Below are positions 8,148 through 18,753 of a DNA stretch of 64,000 nucleotides, in pieces. Origin of the DNA: Methanotrichaceae archaeon. Lineage in GTDB: Archaea; Halobacteriota; Methanosarcinia; Methanotrichales; Methanotrichaceae. The DNA is taken from NCBI GenBank assembly GCA_963803145.1, contig CAWDLW010000015.1, positions 361,733 through 425,732 of the forward strand, in the 5' to 3' direction. The position numbers and the translations under genes are program-made. Every line of letters begins with the position of its first letter. Position 1 is the stretch's first letter. Below the pieces are notes generated by a model. The model saw only the letters and a list, made by a program, of their open reading frames with translations, did not search any database and was not told the DNA's origin.

Positions 8148-11100
8148 AAGTAATTATAGAAATTTTTTGAACTCATATAAATCTGAGAAACAGCTGGACA
8201 TCCTTGAAGCTAAGAATCTTCTTAATACTTTTCGACAATCTGGCGAATTTATCAGCAGCCCAGAGGAAAGAGAGATTTTATCTGTATGGTGCAGGACAAT
8301 TGCAGACATAATCTTTGAGAATACAGGGGAATATCTTCCTGTGAGAATCTTTCCTTTAGATAACATCACAATATCATCTGAACCTGCCTCGATCCCCCTC
8401 CCTCGCCAGATACCTCCACCGCCAGCTGACTTTAAAGGCCGTAAGGACGAAATCATAAATATCCTATTATGCTTCGATAAGGTAAGACCCATCATCGGTC
8501 TGCGTGGTATGGCTGGCGTTGGCAAGACTGCACTAGCACTTGTTTTGGCAGAGAGGCTAAAAGACCGTTTTCCTGATGGGAATCTCTTTCTAAACCTGCA
8601 AGGAACGACTAGTAATCCCCTTAGAGCAGCTGATGCTATGGCCCAAGTCATCCATTCGTATTACCCAACTAAACGCCTGCCAGAGAGAGAAGACGAGTTG
8701 CGTGGGCTATATCTCTCAGTTCTGTCTGACAAACGAGTACTGCTTTTATTAGACAATGCGAAGAATAGAGAGCAGGTTGAGCCGTTGTTGCCTCCTTCAA
8801 GCTGCGCCGTTTTAATCACCTCAAGAAATAAATTTTCTTTGCCAGGCTTAACGGCACGAGATCTGGATGTTTTGAGTTCTGCAGAAGCTCGTGAACTGCT
8901 CCTCGAAATCGCCGGACGGATTGGCGATCGATCTGACAATTTGGCAAATCTTTGCGGAAATCTTCCCCTGGCCCTTCGAAATGCTGCAAGCGTCTTGGCC
9001 GAGAGGGGAGACATAGATGTGGCTGATTACGAACGCTGCCTAAGTGACAAAAAGATGAGGCTAGATCTAGTATATGCTTCATTCAGTTTGACTTACGATC
9101 TTTTGTCTCCAGTGAAAAAGAAGCATTGGTGTCGTCTTTCGGTCTTTCCGCAAGACTTTGACCTAAAAGGTGGAACAGCAGTTTTGAAGATGGCTCTTGA
9201 ACCATCTGCTAAGGTATTGAGCGACTTAGTTAAATGTAGTCTCGTGGATTTTATTCGCCCCGTAGATTCCGGAGAGGGACGTTACAAGCTGCATGACTTG
9301 GCTCGCCTTTTCGCTGAATCACGCCTGGAATCCAAGGAGCGTGACGATGCTGAGCATTGCCATGCTAAGTATTACTTGATAATGCTCTCTTCTGCGGAAA
9401 CTCTCTACAATAAGGGCGGGGAAAATGTCATGGAAGGGCTGAAAATTCTCGATCGAGAATGGGCGAATGTGCAGGCCGGACAGGCATTTGCCGTAAAAAA
9501 TGCCAAAAAAAATGCGGATGCAGCTGCCCTCTGCATTGAATACGCTGATCCAGTGGGTATCCTTTCATTGCGATTGCATCCCAACGATCTAATTCACTGG
9601 CTTGAGGTTTCTTTGGATGCAGCTAAGCAATTAAAAAGATCAGCTCAAGAAGGCATCATTCTAACGAAGATAGGATATACCTACTTCCAACTGGGCAAGG
9701 TTCAAGAGGCAATCCATCTCCATGAGAAGGCACTGACTATAAGCCGCAAGATCGGTGCCAGACGAGGTGAAGGAACCGTTCTGGGAAACCTGGGACAGGC
9801 CTATGCTGCTCTGGGCGAGACACGGAAGGTCATCGAATATTCTGAACACGCGCTGGCCATCGACCGTGAAATCGGAAACAAAAAAGGGGAAGATATCCGC
9901 TTGGGCAATCTGGGCTGTGCTTATTATGATTTAGGCGAGATGCATAAGGCCATCGAGTACTACGAGCAGGCGCTGACCATCGACCACGAGATTGGAGACA
10001 GAAGGAGCGAAGGAAAGCATCTGGGCGATATGGGATTGGCTTATGCCAGTCTGGGAAAGACTCGCGAAGCCATCGAGTACTACAAGCAGGCCTTGAATAT
10101 TGCTTGCGAGCTCGGCGACCTAAGGACTAAAGGAAGACACATGGGCAATTTGGGCGGTGCTTATTACGATCTAGGCTATATTCGTAAAGCGATCGAGCAC
10201 TATGAGCAGGCGCTGGCCATCAGCCGCGAGATCGGGAACCCATGGATTGAAGGAGAAAATCTATGTAATTTAGGGAATGCCTATGCTGCCTTAGAGGATA
10301 CTAACAAGGCAATTATAGTTAATCCACGTAATTTTTACCTCATAGATACCCTTAAATAATTAATATACGATATAGCCGTTCATGGGCAGGAAACCTGTAA
10401 TTGTAAGACATATCTCGAAGGTAGAATTAGATCAATTGTATAAAGATGAGAGAAACATAAGAATTAAAGAACGGCTACTAGCGATAATACATTTATACGA
10501 AGGAAAGAATGTATATATAGTAGCTGATATTCTTAAACGAAGTGAAAAGACAATAAAGAATTGGCTAAGCGATTGGAACAAACAAGGATATGATGGATTG
10601 ATACCACAGAATAGAAACGGCAAAGAACCAATGATATCTTTTGATGAATGGGATAAAATTATCGAAGAGATTGAGGACAAAGGAATGACTATAAAAGAGG
10701 TAATAAAATATGCAAAAGACACAAGAGGCGTAGAATATTCGTATAAAGGTGGTTGGAAGATTTTAAGATCAATAAAGAAAGTCAAATATGGTAAACCATA
10801 TATTAGAAATAATAAGAGGCCTGTTAATGCAGAAAGTTTTCTAAAAAAAGGATAGATTCAGTAATAACAACAGTCAAAGAACCTATTATTGGATTCCTTG
10901 ATGAAAGCTCTTTGCAACAGCGACCTAATACACGCAGGGTTTTAAACACCCATATGCTAAATTATCAACCTGGAAAAGTTAGGTCTAGAACTGTTTTTGG
11001 GTTCATTGCATTGAATGGAAATGATGAAGTTATGGTCTCTCACTCATCCAAGAAAGAAGATTTAATGATCTTCGCCCAAAAATTGAGAAGTAACAATATT

Positions 11101-11732
11101 ATGAGACCAATATGTATTGTCCTAGATAATGCTAGAATACATCTAGCTAAGAAGTTTAGGGCATTAGCCCACGAACTTGATATCCATTTAATATATAACG
11201 TGCCATATTCCCCTGATTTAAATCCTATAGAGTTCGGTTGGAAGGATTTTAAAAGAGAGATATCAAAATATACTGATTTTGATGAAGCTATTGAGGATGC
11301 CCAAGATTGCGCTTTACAAATATTTTATTCCAATAAAGATGGATACTCTAAGTCTTGGATAAAGCAGTTTATAAGGTAAAAAGTTGGGAGAATGACTATA
11401 AATACTATGAGCAGTCGCTTGGGATTGTTCGCATGATCGGGGATCGAAAGAATGAGGGCAATGCTCTTTGTAACCTTGGAAAGGTCTATGCCGCCCTTGA
11501 CGAAGTCTGCAAAGCGATCGAGCACTACGAGCAATCGTTAGAGATCTTTCGCCGGATCGAATACTGCCGAGGAGAAGGTGATGCCCTATTCAACATGAGC
11601 TTAGCGCATGAAAAGATTGGCCATCGACAGGAGGCAATCAATCATGCGAAGGAAGCACTAAGAATTTTCGAGCAGATCGAAAGTCCATATTCTGAGAAAG
11701 CGCGGCAAAAGTTGGCGGAATGGAAAGGATAA
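8128..11732 (+). pseudogene. STAND NTPase (NB-ARC) with TPR repeats, interrupted by IS630
   Basis: Walker A GMAGVGKT, Walker B LLLLDNA, ITSR, GNLPLAL, LHDL, many TPRs; removing 10316-11400 rejoins ...KAIKYYEQSLG in frame (about 839 aa). Confidence 0.9.
10316..11398 (+). mobile_element. IS630-family element (diverged relative of A1), 1083 bp
   Basis: TA duplication at 10314-15 and 11399-400; orfA 10382-10855, orfB to 11379; -1 junction at an A7 run. Confidence 0.95.
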
Positions 11733-12220
11733 TAATATTTATCCGTAAAATGCTTTGAAGTCTCCATCAAATGATTAAATGGTAAAGTGAGATTACTCGT
11801 TAAAGTGAGACTATAGTGTTTCCTGGGACTTTTTGCCCGATAGAATAAGCAATAAACGAGCTGATCGCGGAAAAGATTAGGACATTCATGAGTCTCAGAA
11901 TAGGGCTTATGCCCGAAGTATGTAAAACGTGATTTACCATCGCAGCCATAATTAATCCTGATATAGGCAGTGAAGGCTGTGCATGAGTTGAGACAATAAG
12001 ATCTCGAGATAATTAAACTAATTGCGAATATTACGGCAAGAATCGAAATCGGCTTGGCTCCAGGATCTTGGCTCTGCAACAAACAAACCTTGTGGTTGAA
12101 TCTTGTTCGTTAGGCAGCAATAAAACAAAACTAAATTCACCATAAAGCTCACAAAGGGGACAAAACGTTCTGTAACTCTGTCCGAAGGCAACAAGACCTC
12201 TGTGGCCCTAGCTAACTCAT

Positions 12221-13036
12221 TTAAATCAATCTCTCCGCCCCAGCATACACATAAAGATTCGGGCTCCTAACGAAGCCCACCAGAGTCATCCCAATCTTTT
12301 CCGCCAGTTCCACGCCTGAGTTCATTGGCGCGCTTCTGCTCACCAATATTGGAAACCCCGAACGTGCTGCTTTGGCAACCATGACCCCCGACAGTCGTCC
12401 GCTGGTGATCAGAGCACACTTGGATAGATCTGTCCCGGAAAGAAAGGCCGCTCCTACAGTCTTGTCCACGGAGCTTGACCTGCTGACATCCTCGCAGGAG
12501 GCGATAATATTCCCTTCGCTATCGCAAATAATCGATGTGTGCGTGGCGCCAGTCCTTCGCCAGATCTTGGCTCGCTCATTGAGCTGATCCACGGCCCTTA
12601 GAAGTGCATCGACTTTTATCCTGATTTCGGAGACAACCGGCTTCAGATCCTGTAAAGATGAGCTTCCAACGCTGCAGCACTGATGCCCCTTCCAGGGTGC
12701 TGCTTTGCCGTCCCTGGTTTCACAGATCAAAGCTCCCATATCTTCCTTGAGGGAGACTATATCCTGGAAGCTTTCCACAATTCCCTCGCCGACTAGGAAG
12801 CCCACTGCCATTTCCTTAAGCTGATCCGGGAGGGCAGGGATAGCGGTTATACAGCTGCCATTGAGGATTATGTTCACGACCTCTTCCACGGCCACATCAG
12901 CATCAATCTCGCTTCTCTTCCCATCCGAGATCTCCAAACACCTTCTTGAGCGAAATGTCGGATGAGGGTCCAGATGCTCTTCCTTCCAGTGGGTTTCCGG
13001 CTCAGTTATCCTGCTCGCATGCCAGCTATCTCTCAT
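12221..13036 (-). CDS. fdhD: Formate dehydrogenase accessory sulfurtransferase
   Basis: VAVEE, AVGFLVGEGI, TGATH, EDVSR, TSGRLS, SRSAP; follows fdhA. Confidence 0.92.
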   Translation of the reverse strand: MRDSWHASRITEPETHWKEEHLDPHPTFRSRRCLEISDGKRSEIDADVAVEEVVNIILNGSCITAIPALPDQLKEMAVGFLVGEGIVESFQDIVSLKEDMGALICETRDGKAAPWKGHQCCSVGSSSLQDLKPVVSEIRIKVDALLRAVDQLNERAKIWRRTGATHTSIICDSEGNIIASCEDVSRSSSVDKTVGAAFLSGTDLSKCALITSGRLSGVMVAKAARSGFPILVSRSAPMNSGVELAEKIGMTLVGFVRSPNLYVYAGAERLI

Positions 13037-13054
13037 CTTTGGGCTCCTTCAAAC

Positions 13055-15094
13055 TCAGGACAGCGCTTCTATCCTGCAAGCTGCAACCTTGTATTCCGGA
13101 ATTTTGGCGACAGGGTCCAGAGCATCTGAAGTAAGTATATTCGTGCCCTGCCAGTGGAATGGCATGAAGGCCACTCCCGGGTTCACCTTGTCCGATACCC
13201 TGGCTCTGGCCTCGGTTCTGCCTCGCTTTGTTTTTACGGATACCATATCCCCCTCGCGGATATTCAGCTTAGCAGCATCGTCTAGATTTATCTCGATATA
13301 GAGCTCGGAGTCTCTCTCAAGAAGAGAAGGACTACGTTTGGTCATCGAACCGCCGCAATAGTGAAGGACAATTCGTCCTGTAGTGAGCAAGAGGGGATAC
13401 TCCGGACTCGTCACTTCCCCTGGGGTTTTGTTCTCCACTGTTGCCACCCTAGCCTTTCCGTCAGGGGTAGAAAATCTCTCTTTGTGAAGGATATCAGTTC
13501 CAGGATGCTTCTCGTCTGGACAGGGCCACCGGAGTCCACCGATTTTTGAGATCCTCTCCTTGGTCATGCCGCCATATTGCGGGACGAAGCGGTTGATCTC
13601 TGATAGAACCTCTGCTGCATTGTTGTAGTTGAAATTAAGCCCAAGCCGATTGGCAATCTGGCAGATTATCCATAGACCCTCTTTCGCCTCTCCAATGGGT
13701 GGAACTGCCTTATCGATCCACTGTACACGGCGTTCCATGGATGTGTAGCTTCCGTCCTTCTCAGCCCAGGCTGCTGCAGGAAGTACGACATCTGCAAGCC
13801 TGGCCGTGGCCGTCATGAATATCTCCTGCACCACGAAAAAGTCCAGGCTCTCCAAGGCTGCCTTGGTCTTGGTGATATTGGCATCGCATATCACCGGGTC
13901 CTCGCCGATGATGTACAGAGCTTTAAGAGATCCATTCAGCGCAGCATCATTCATCTCTGTCGAGGTCAGCCCAGGTCCCAGAGGCAGATCTGGCATATTC
14001 CAGGCGGATTTGAAATATTCAATAGTCGCTGGATCGGAGGCCCTCTTATAGCCGGGATAGAATTCGGGCATGCCTCCCATATCGCAGTTGCCCTGGACGT
14101 TGTTCTGGCCGCGCATGGGCCACACACCTGCCCCGGGACGCCCGATCTGGCCACAGAGCAATGCCAGAGTGGCACATGATTTGACGTTGTCCGTGCCACA
14201 TACATGCTGGGTGATTCCCATTGAGTAGAGAAGGGCGGAGGCAGAAGACTTGGCATAGGCTCTAGCTGCCCTGACGATATCTCCTTCAGGCACTCCCGTT
14301 TTCTCAGACGCCTCCTTTAATGTGAATCCCTCGAGGCTTTTTTGCAGGCTATCAAAGCCCTCAGTACGCGAGGCGATGAACTTGCTATCTGCCAGACCTT
14401 CATCCACTATGACCTTCATCATTCCCCTGATAAGGTCTATATCCGAGCCAGGGCGGATGCGGAGGTGGATATCCGACATCCAGGAGGTCGATGTGATTCT
14501 GGGATCGGCTACTATTATTATTGCGCCTTTATCCCTAGCCCTCTGTGCCCATCGTGATACGATAGGATGAGCCTCTGTAAAGTTTGTGCCGATGGCAAAG
14601 ATGCATCGTGAATTTTCAAGATCCAGAAGGTTATTGGTCATGGCGCCGGTTCCAAGAACTGCACCCAGGCCAACAACTGTTGGAGAATGGCAGAGCCTGG
14701 CACAATTATCTACATTGGGTGAGCCCAATTCACGAGCCATCTTCTCCATGAGGTAGTTTTCCTCGTTGTTGCACCTGGACGACGCCAGAAAACCAAGGCT
14801 TTTCGGGCCATATTTTTTGATATTCCTGGCTATACCCGCAGCAACGAGATTGAGCGCCTCATCCCAGGATATACGTACGAAATCCTCGCCGACCCTCTTC
14901 ATAGGGTAGCGCAGCCGATCCTCATGGTTCAGGACCTCAAGGACGGCGTTCCCCTTGGGGCAGAGAGCACCCTCACATGTGGGATGGTCAGTCATATACT
15001 CGATGCCTACAGCCCTGTCCTTCTCCACCACCAGGTAGAGACCGCAGCCAACAGCACAGTAGGGGCACAGGGAGGGAACTAGCTTTGTTGACAT
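13055..15094 (-). CDS. fdhA: Formate dehydrogenase alpha subunit (Mo/W-bisPGD, Cys-type)
   Basis: CPYCAVGC...CPKG cluster motif, NCARLCHSP active site, RGQNNVQG, PEYKVAAC. Confidence 0.95.
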   Translation of the reverse strand: MSTKLVPSLCPYCAVGCGLYLVVEKDRAVGIEYMTDHPTCEGALCPKGNAVLEVLNHEDRLRYPMKRVGEDFVRISWDEALNLVAAGIARNIKKYGPKSLGFLASSRCNNEENYLMEKMARELGSPNVDNCARLCHSPTVVGLGAVLGTGAMTNNLLDLENSRCIFAIGTNFTEAHPIVSRWAQRARDKGAIIIVADPRITSTSWMSDIHLRIRPGSDIDLIRGMMKVIVDEGLADSKFIASRTEGFDSLQKSLEGFTLKEASEKTGVPEGDIVRAARAYAKSSASALLYSMGITQHVCGTDNVKSCATLALLCGQIGRPGAGVWPMRGQNNVQGNCDMGGMPEFYPGYKRASDPATIEYFKSAWNMPDLPLGPGLTSTEMNDAALNGSLKALYIIGEDPVICDANITKTKAALESLDFFVVQEIFMTATARLADVVLPAAAWAEKDGSYTSMERRVQWIDKAVPPIGEAKEGLWIICQIANRLGLNFNYNNAAEVLSEINRFVPQYGGMTKERISKIGGLRWPCPDEKHPGTDILHKERFSTPDGKARVATVENKTPGEVTSPEYPLLLTTGRIVLHYCGGSMTKRSPSLLERDSELYIEINLDDAAKLNIREGDMVSVKTKRGRTEARARVSDKVNPGVAFMPFHWQGTNILTSDALDPVAKIPEYKVAACRIEALS

Positions 15095-15798
15095 TCAAGA
15101 CTCCTTTCTAGAAGCGATTTGCTTTCTAACGATTCGCGTTCTAACGATTCACATTCTAACGATTTGCTCTCTAGCGATTCACTTTCTAATGATTCGGGTT
15201 CTAACCTGGTGTTATTGTTATCTGATTTATGTGTCTCAGAGCATGCCTGGCAAAGCCGCTCTTCTTCTCTCTGGATGAAGCTTTCACCGCATTCTCTACA
15301 AAGAGCAATCTGCTTCCTTGGTTTCTCTGGAACCTCCAGCTCCAGAAGCTCCCAAGTGTAAACGCTTTCTCCAGCCTCCAGAAGAAAGGAAACTGCTTCA
15401 GGGTGAGGTACTTTACAGGTCTTCATGAACCATGCATGGAGCCTAGGGTATCGAGCAGTCTTGGCCGGGTCCAGCATTATCCTTACAGCTTTTACCCGGC
15501 TTCCTGCAGGTCCGCGTTTACTGATGGTGGCTGCCATCTTTCCATGGTCCTTGATCTTCATTCCTTTGTTGCCTATAGTGCAGCCGGCTAGAATCTGAAA
15601 AGGATCGGGCAGACAATTGTAAGTCTCACAGGTTACAAAAAGCCTATCTCCATCCATTATATCCAGAAGCCTTTGAGCAATATTCAGCATCTGGATGCCT
15701 ACAAAGGCTCCTGTGCTTAGATAACCATGGAAGGGTGCGACCTTCTCAATCTGAGAACGCATCCTTGGATCAGCGATTTTCCCTAGAATCTCCTCCAT
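15079..15798 (-). CDS. fmdE: FmdE family protein with Zn finger and repetitive C-terminal tail
   Basis: FHGYLSTG, CLPDPFQ, GCTIGNKG, CRECGE...CQAC. Confidence 0.88.
   Translation of the reverse strand: MEEILGKIADPRMRSQIEKVAPFHGYLSTGAFVGIQMLNIAQRLLDIMDGDRLFVTCETYNCLPDPFQILAGCTIGNKGMKIKDHGKMAATISKRGPAGSRVKAVRIMLDPAKTARYPRLHAWFMKTCKVPHPEAVSFLLEAGESVYTWELLELEVPEKPRKQIALCRECGESFIQREEERLCQACSETHKSDNNNTRLEPESLESESLESKSLECESLERESLESKSLLERSLECQQS
15108..15205. repeat. 15-bp tandem repeat, about 6 copies (tctaacgattcnnnt), encoding ESLES-like pentapeptides
   Basis: Units tctaacgattcgcgt, tctaacgattcacat, tctaacgatttgctc, tctagcgattcactt, tctaatgattcgggt. Confidence 0.9.
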
Positions 15799-16004
15799 GT
15801 AAAATCCTCTTGCCCTGGTCTATGCTACCGTATTGGTTAAGAATTTTTGCATAGCCACTAACTTAAAGCGCAAAAGGTATGCACTCGTGTTAACTCGAAA
15901 GATCTCGACTCACAGGGATCATGTGGATACACATATGAACTGCATCATGAACTGTATCTTGGTTATTAAATGCGCTTCATCTCTATAAGCCAGAAAAAAA
16001 GCGG

Positions 16005-17081
16005 TTAAAAACCGTTCCTCCTCAGCTTTATTTTGCCTACCTTTTCGATCGCTTTGACATTCACGCCATCCCAGGCTTCGATGAACCCCATCTCTTCGGC
16101 TATTTTGAACAAACCCATGCCTTCGGGAGTCCTTATGATAACCGTGCTCATGCCGGGTGCGCTTCCGATGCTGCCAGCGGATACATCTGATAGCTTCGCC
16201 GTAAAATCATCGCAGGTCTTACAGCCAGGCTTGACGCAATTCCCGAGTTCTGCCAGAGGAATGGTCTTTTGGCATCCATCACGTAAGGTTACGACCATCA
16301 TGCCCTCAGCAGCAACCATCTTATCGATACGCCATGATGGAACATCAAGGCGTCTAGTAATCTCGGATATCAATGAATCATCAAACGCTTCGAAGCAGAA
16401 AAGACCTATAAGGAACCGTACTTTTTGCGTAAGCTTTATAGCATGCTCATTGGATGATTTCCTGAGAAGTCCTACAGCCCTGATTGTACAGGGCGTTCCA
16501 ACAAGCGCTATGTTCTTCGCCTTCGATTCCTTGATTGCTTCCAGAACGGCATTGCTCGTATACTTGCTTCCGGTACACTTTACTAGCCCTTTTGCGTCGC
16601 ATACAACGCGCGGCTGCGCCTTCTGTGTCCACCGATCAACGCCCATGACCAGTGTGCAGTCCACCAGCTCCTCATCCAGCGCAGCGGTCAGCAGTGCTGT
16701 AACTGCACCACCGTTCTGGTAGCGTCCATTACTTGTCTTAGACCTCACGTTCTTAATTTCGAGGTAAGGCCCGACGATCTCAGAAGAGACTATATTCTTT
16801 ATGTTTACAGGCAGACGGGGGCATATATCAAGGCATGCCTTGCAGTCCACACAGGGCGCAACCTGAATTGGTCTATTCAGCTTCGAGTCGTATGTAAGCG
16901 CATCGGCCGGGCACACAGCGATACAGCCTCTGCAGCCAGCACAAATATTCTTCAGCCATACATCCTTCTCGAGCTCCTGATAAGGCAGAAGCGCCGTCTC
17001 ATTTGTTTCGTTATCCAGCATTTGAAGCACCGTCAGATATGATTCATTATGACTCATTTCCTCACGCAGAAGGAATCGCAC
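16005..17081 (-). CDS. Coenzyme F420 hydrogenase/dehydrogenase beta subunit (FrhB/FdhB family)
   Basis: Two ferredoxin CxxCxxCxxxCP motifs, QNGGAVTALL, GSKY, VGTPC, IGLFC, CKTCDDFTA. Confidence 0.9.
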   Translation of the reverse strand: MRFLLREEMSHNESYLTVLQMLDNETNETALLPYQELEKDVWLKNICAGCRGCIAVCPADALTYDSKLNRPIQVAPCVDCKACLDICPRLPVNIKNIVSSEIVGPYLEIKNVRSKTSNGRYQNGGAVTALLTAALDEELVDCTLVMGVDRWTQKAQPRVVCDAKGLVKCTGSKYTSNAVLEAIKESKAKNIALVGTPCTIRAVGLLRKSSNEHAIKLTQKVRFLIGLFCFEAFDDSLISEITRRLDVPSWRIDKMVAAEGMMVVTLRDGCQKTIPLAELGNCVKPGCKTCDDFTAKLSDVSAGSIGSAPGMSTVIIRTPEGMGLFKIAEEMGFIEAWDGVNVKAIEKVGKIKLRRNGF

Positions 17082-17757
17082 CCCAACTCATAACATCATC
17101 CGCTACGCCAGACATTGAAATCTTTCCTCTCTCAAGTAAGCAGGCTTTGTCCCCGATGCAGGCCACGTCTCTCAAATCGTGGGTGACGATAATGCTCGGA
17201 ACTCCACATGCATGAATTCTCTCCCTGAGCTCCTTTCTCATAGCTGCTTGTTTTCTAACATCTAGAGCGGACAGCGGCTCATCCAGCAGGAAGAGGTCGG
17301 GCTCAATTATGAGTGCCCGAGCAAGAGCCACCCGCTGCTTCTGGCCTCCAGAGATTCTCATGGCTTTGGCCTTTCTAATCTCCCACAGACCCGCTGCCTC
17401 CAGATGGTCCTTCACAATGCATTCGATCTCCTTTTGGGGTATCTTGCGGGTTCGAAGGCCGAATGCCACGTTATCATAGACGCTCATATGGGGAAACAAT
17501 GCGTAGCTTTGGAAGACATAACCTATATTTCTCATCTCCGGGCTGATGTTGATCTTGAAGCTTGAATCAAAGAGGGATCTTCCATCAAGCGTTATCCTGC
17601 CAGCATTCGGACTCACAAGTCCTGCTATCAAGTTCAGAAGAGTGGTCTTTCCGCAGCCATTATCCCCCACCATCATAAGGATCTCCCCTTTTTCAACCTC
17701 TAGGGTTACTTCAAGATCGAAATCCCTCAGCGTTCTCTTGACATCAACTTCTAGCAT
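17062..17757 (-). CDS. modC: Molybdate ABC transporter ATP-binding protein
   Basis: GDNGCGKT, ISGGQKQR, LLDEP; in operon with modAB. Confidence 0.9.
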   Translation of the reverse strand: MLEVDVKRTLRDFDLEVTLEVEKGEILMMVGDNGCGKTTLLNLIAGLVSPNAGRITLDGRSLFDSSFKINISPEMRNIGYVFQSYALFPHMSVYDNVAFGLRTRKIPQKEIECIVKDHLEAAGLWEIRKAKAMRISGGQKQRVALARALIIEPDLFLLDEPLSALDVRKQAAMRKELRERIHACGVPSIIVTHDLRDVACIGDKACLLERGKISMSGVADDVMSWGAIPSA

Positions 17758-18634
17758 TTTTGTACATCCTTCGGGTGAGCGTTTTTACTACGACGATTAC
17801 CAGGAAGGATATGACGACCAATATAAGGGCCAGACATAGTGATATATCCAAATCACCCTGCATAGCTGTGTAAATAGCAAGGGGCATAGTTTGGGTTCTT
17901 CCCTGGAAGTTGCCGGCAAACATGATAGTGGCTCCGAACTCGCCTAAAGAACGAGCAAAGGCCATAATAGCGCCTGAGATGAGGCCGTTTCCGGCTATAG
18001 GAAGGATGACATGGAAGAATGTGTAGATCCTGGAAGCCCCCAAAGTGCGTGCTGCATTCTCAAATGACCTGTCGATGTCCTCAAAGCTGATCCTAGCCTG
18101 GCGGATGTAAAACGGAGAGGAGACAAATACCTGCGCAATGATCACCGCCACTGTTGTGAAGGCGATGCTTATTCCGAAAGTATTCAGGTAATGCCCCAAA
18201 ATGCCCATCCGTCCGAATGCCATAAGGAGCGCAATGCCTGCTACAGCTGGGGGCATGATCACCGGCAGATCGATCAGGGAATCGGCTATTTCTTTGCCGA
18301 AATAATGGAAGCGAGCGCTGACGTAGGCGACAGGCGTGCCTATCAGAACCACAATCGTTGTGGTCAGTGTCGAGGTCATCAAACTGAGCTTCAGAGCATC
18401 CATCACCACTGGGTCGTTTAAAGATCGAAGCGTTGTATCAATAGGGCTCTTGATGAAAAGCGAGGCTATTGGCAGGGCTATGAAAGCTGTAGCTATGATC
18501 AGCAAGAATGCTATGCCTAACTTCAATGCTGTATCTTTAGCCCGGGCAGAAGTGCTGGCTATATCTTGATTTCGTGCCTGAAGCTGTTTTCGGAGCCCAA
18601 TGAGATGGCTTAATTTAGCTTGATTCGAGGCCAT
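17744..18634 (-). CDS. modB: Molybdate ABC transporter permease
   Basis: DLPVIMPPAVAGIALL, ENAARTLGA, FARSLGEFGAT. Confidence 0.92.
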   Translation of the reverse strand: MASNQAKLSHLIGLRKQLQARNQDIASTSARAKDTALKLGIAFLLIIATAFIALPIASLFIKSPIDTTLRSLNDPVVMDALKLSLMTSTLTTTIVVLIGTPVAYVSARFHYFGKEIADSLIDLPVIMPPAVAGIALLMAFGRMGILGHYLNTFGISIAFTTVAVIIAQVFVSSPFYIRQARISFEDIDRSFENAARTLGASRIYTFFHVILPIAGNGLISGAIMAFARSLGEFGATIMFAGNFQGRTQTMPLAIYTAMQGDLDISLCLALILVVISFLVIVVVKTLTRRMYKNARS

Positions 18635-18753
18635 AACTCCTTAAAGATCAAAGTTCAACCGTGGTCCAATTTCGGTGGTTTCTGATGGATGAAGGCCGGA
18701 GACTCATCCGGATCTCCGGCCTTGCCTTACAAGGCGAATGCCGATGAAGTGGC

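Noticed and set aside
11355-11732. Independent 125-aa TPR gene
   Set aside because: It is the severed 3' end of the NB-ARC-TPR gene; its start lies inside the IS
13055-15094. Selenocysteine in FdhA
   Set aside because: The active site reads CARLCH with Cys and the ORF is uninterrupted
16033-16722. Long antisense ORFs over metabolic genes (also over mutL, thiI and fdhA)
   Set aside because: Shadows of well-supported genes, with no motifs of their own
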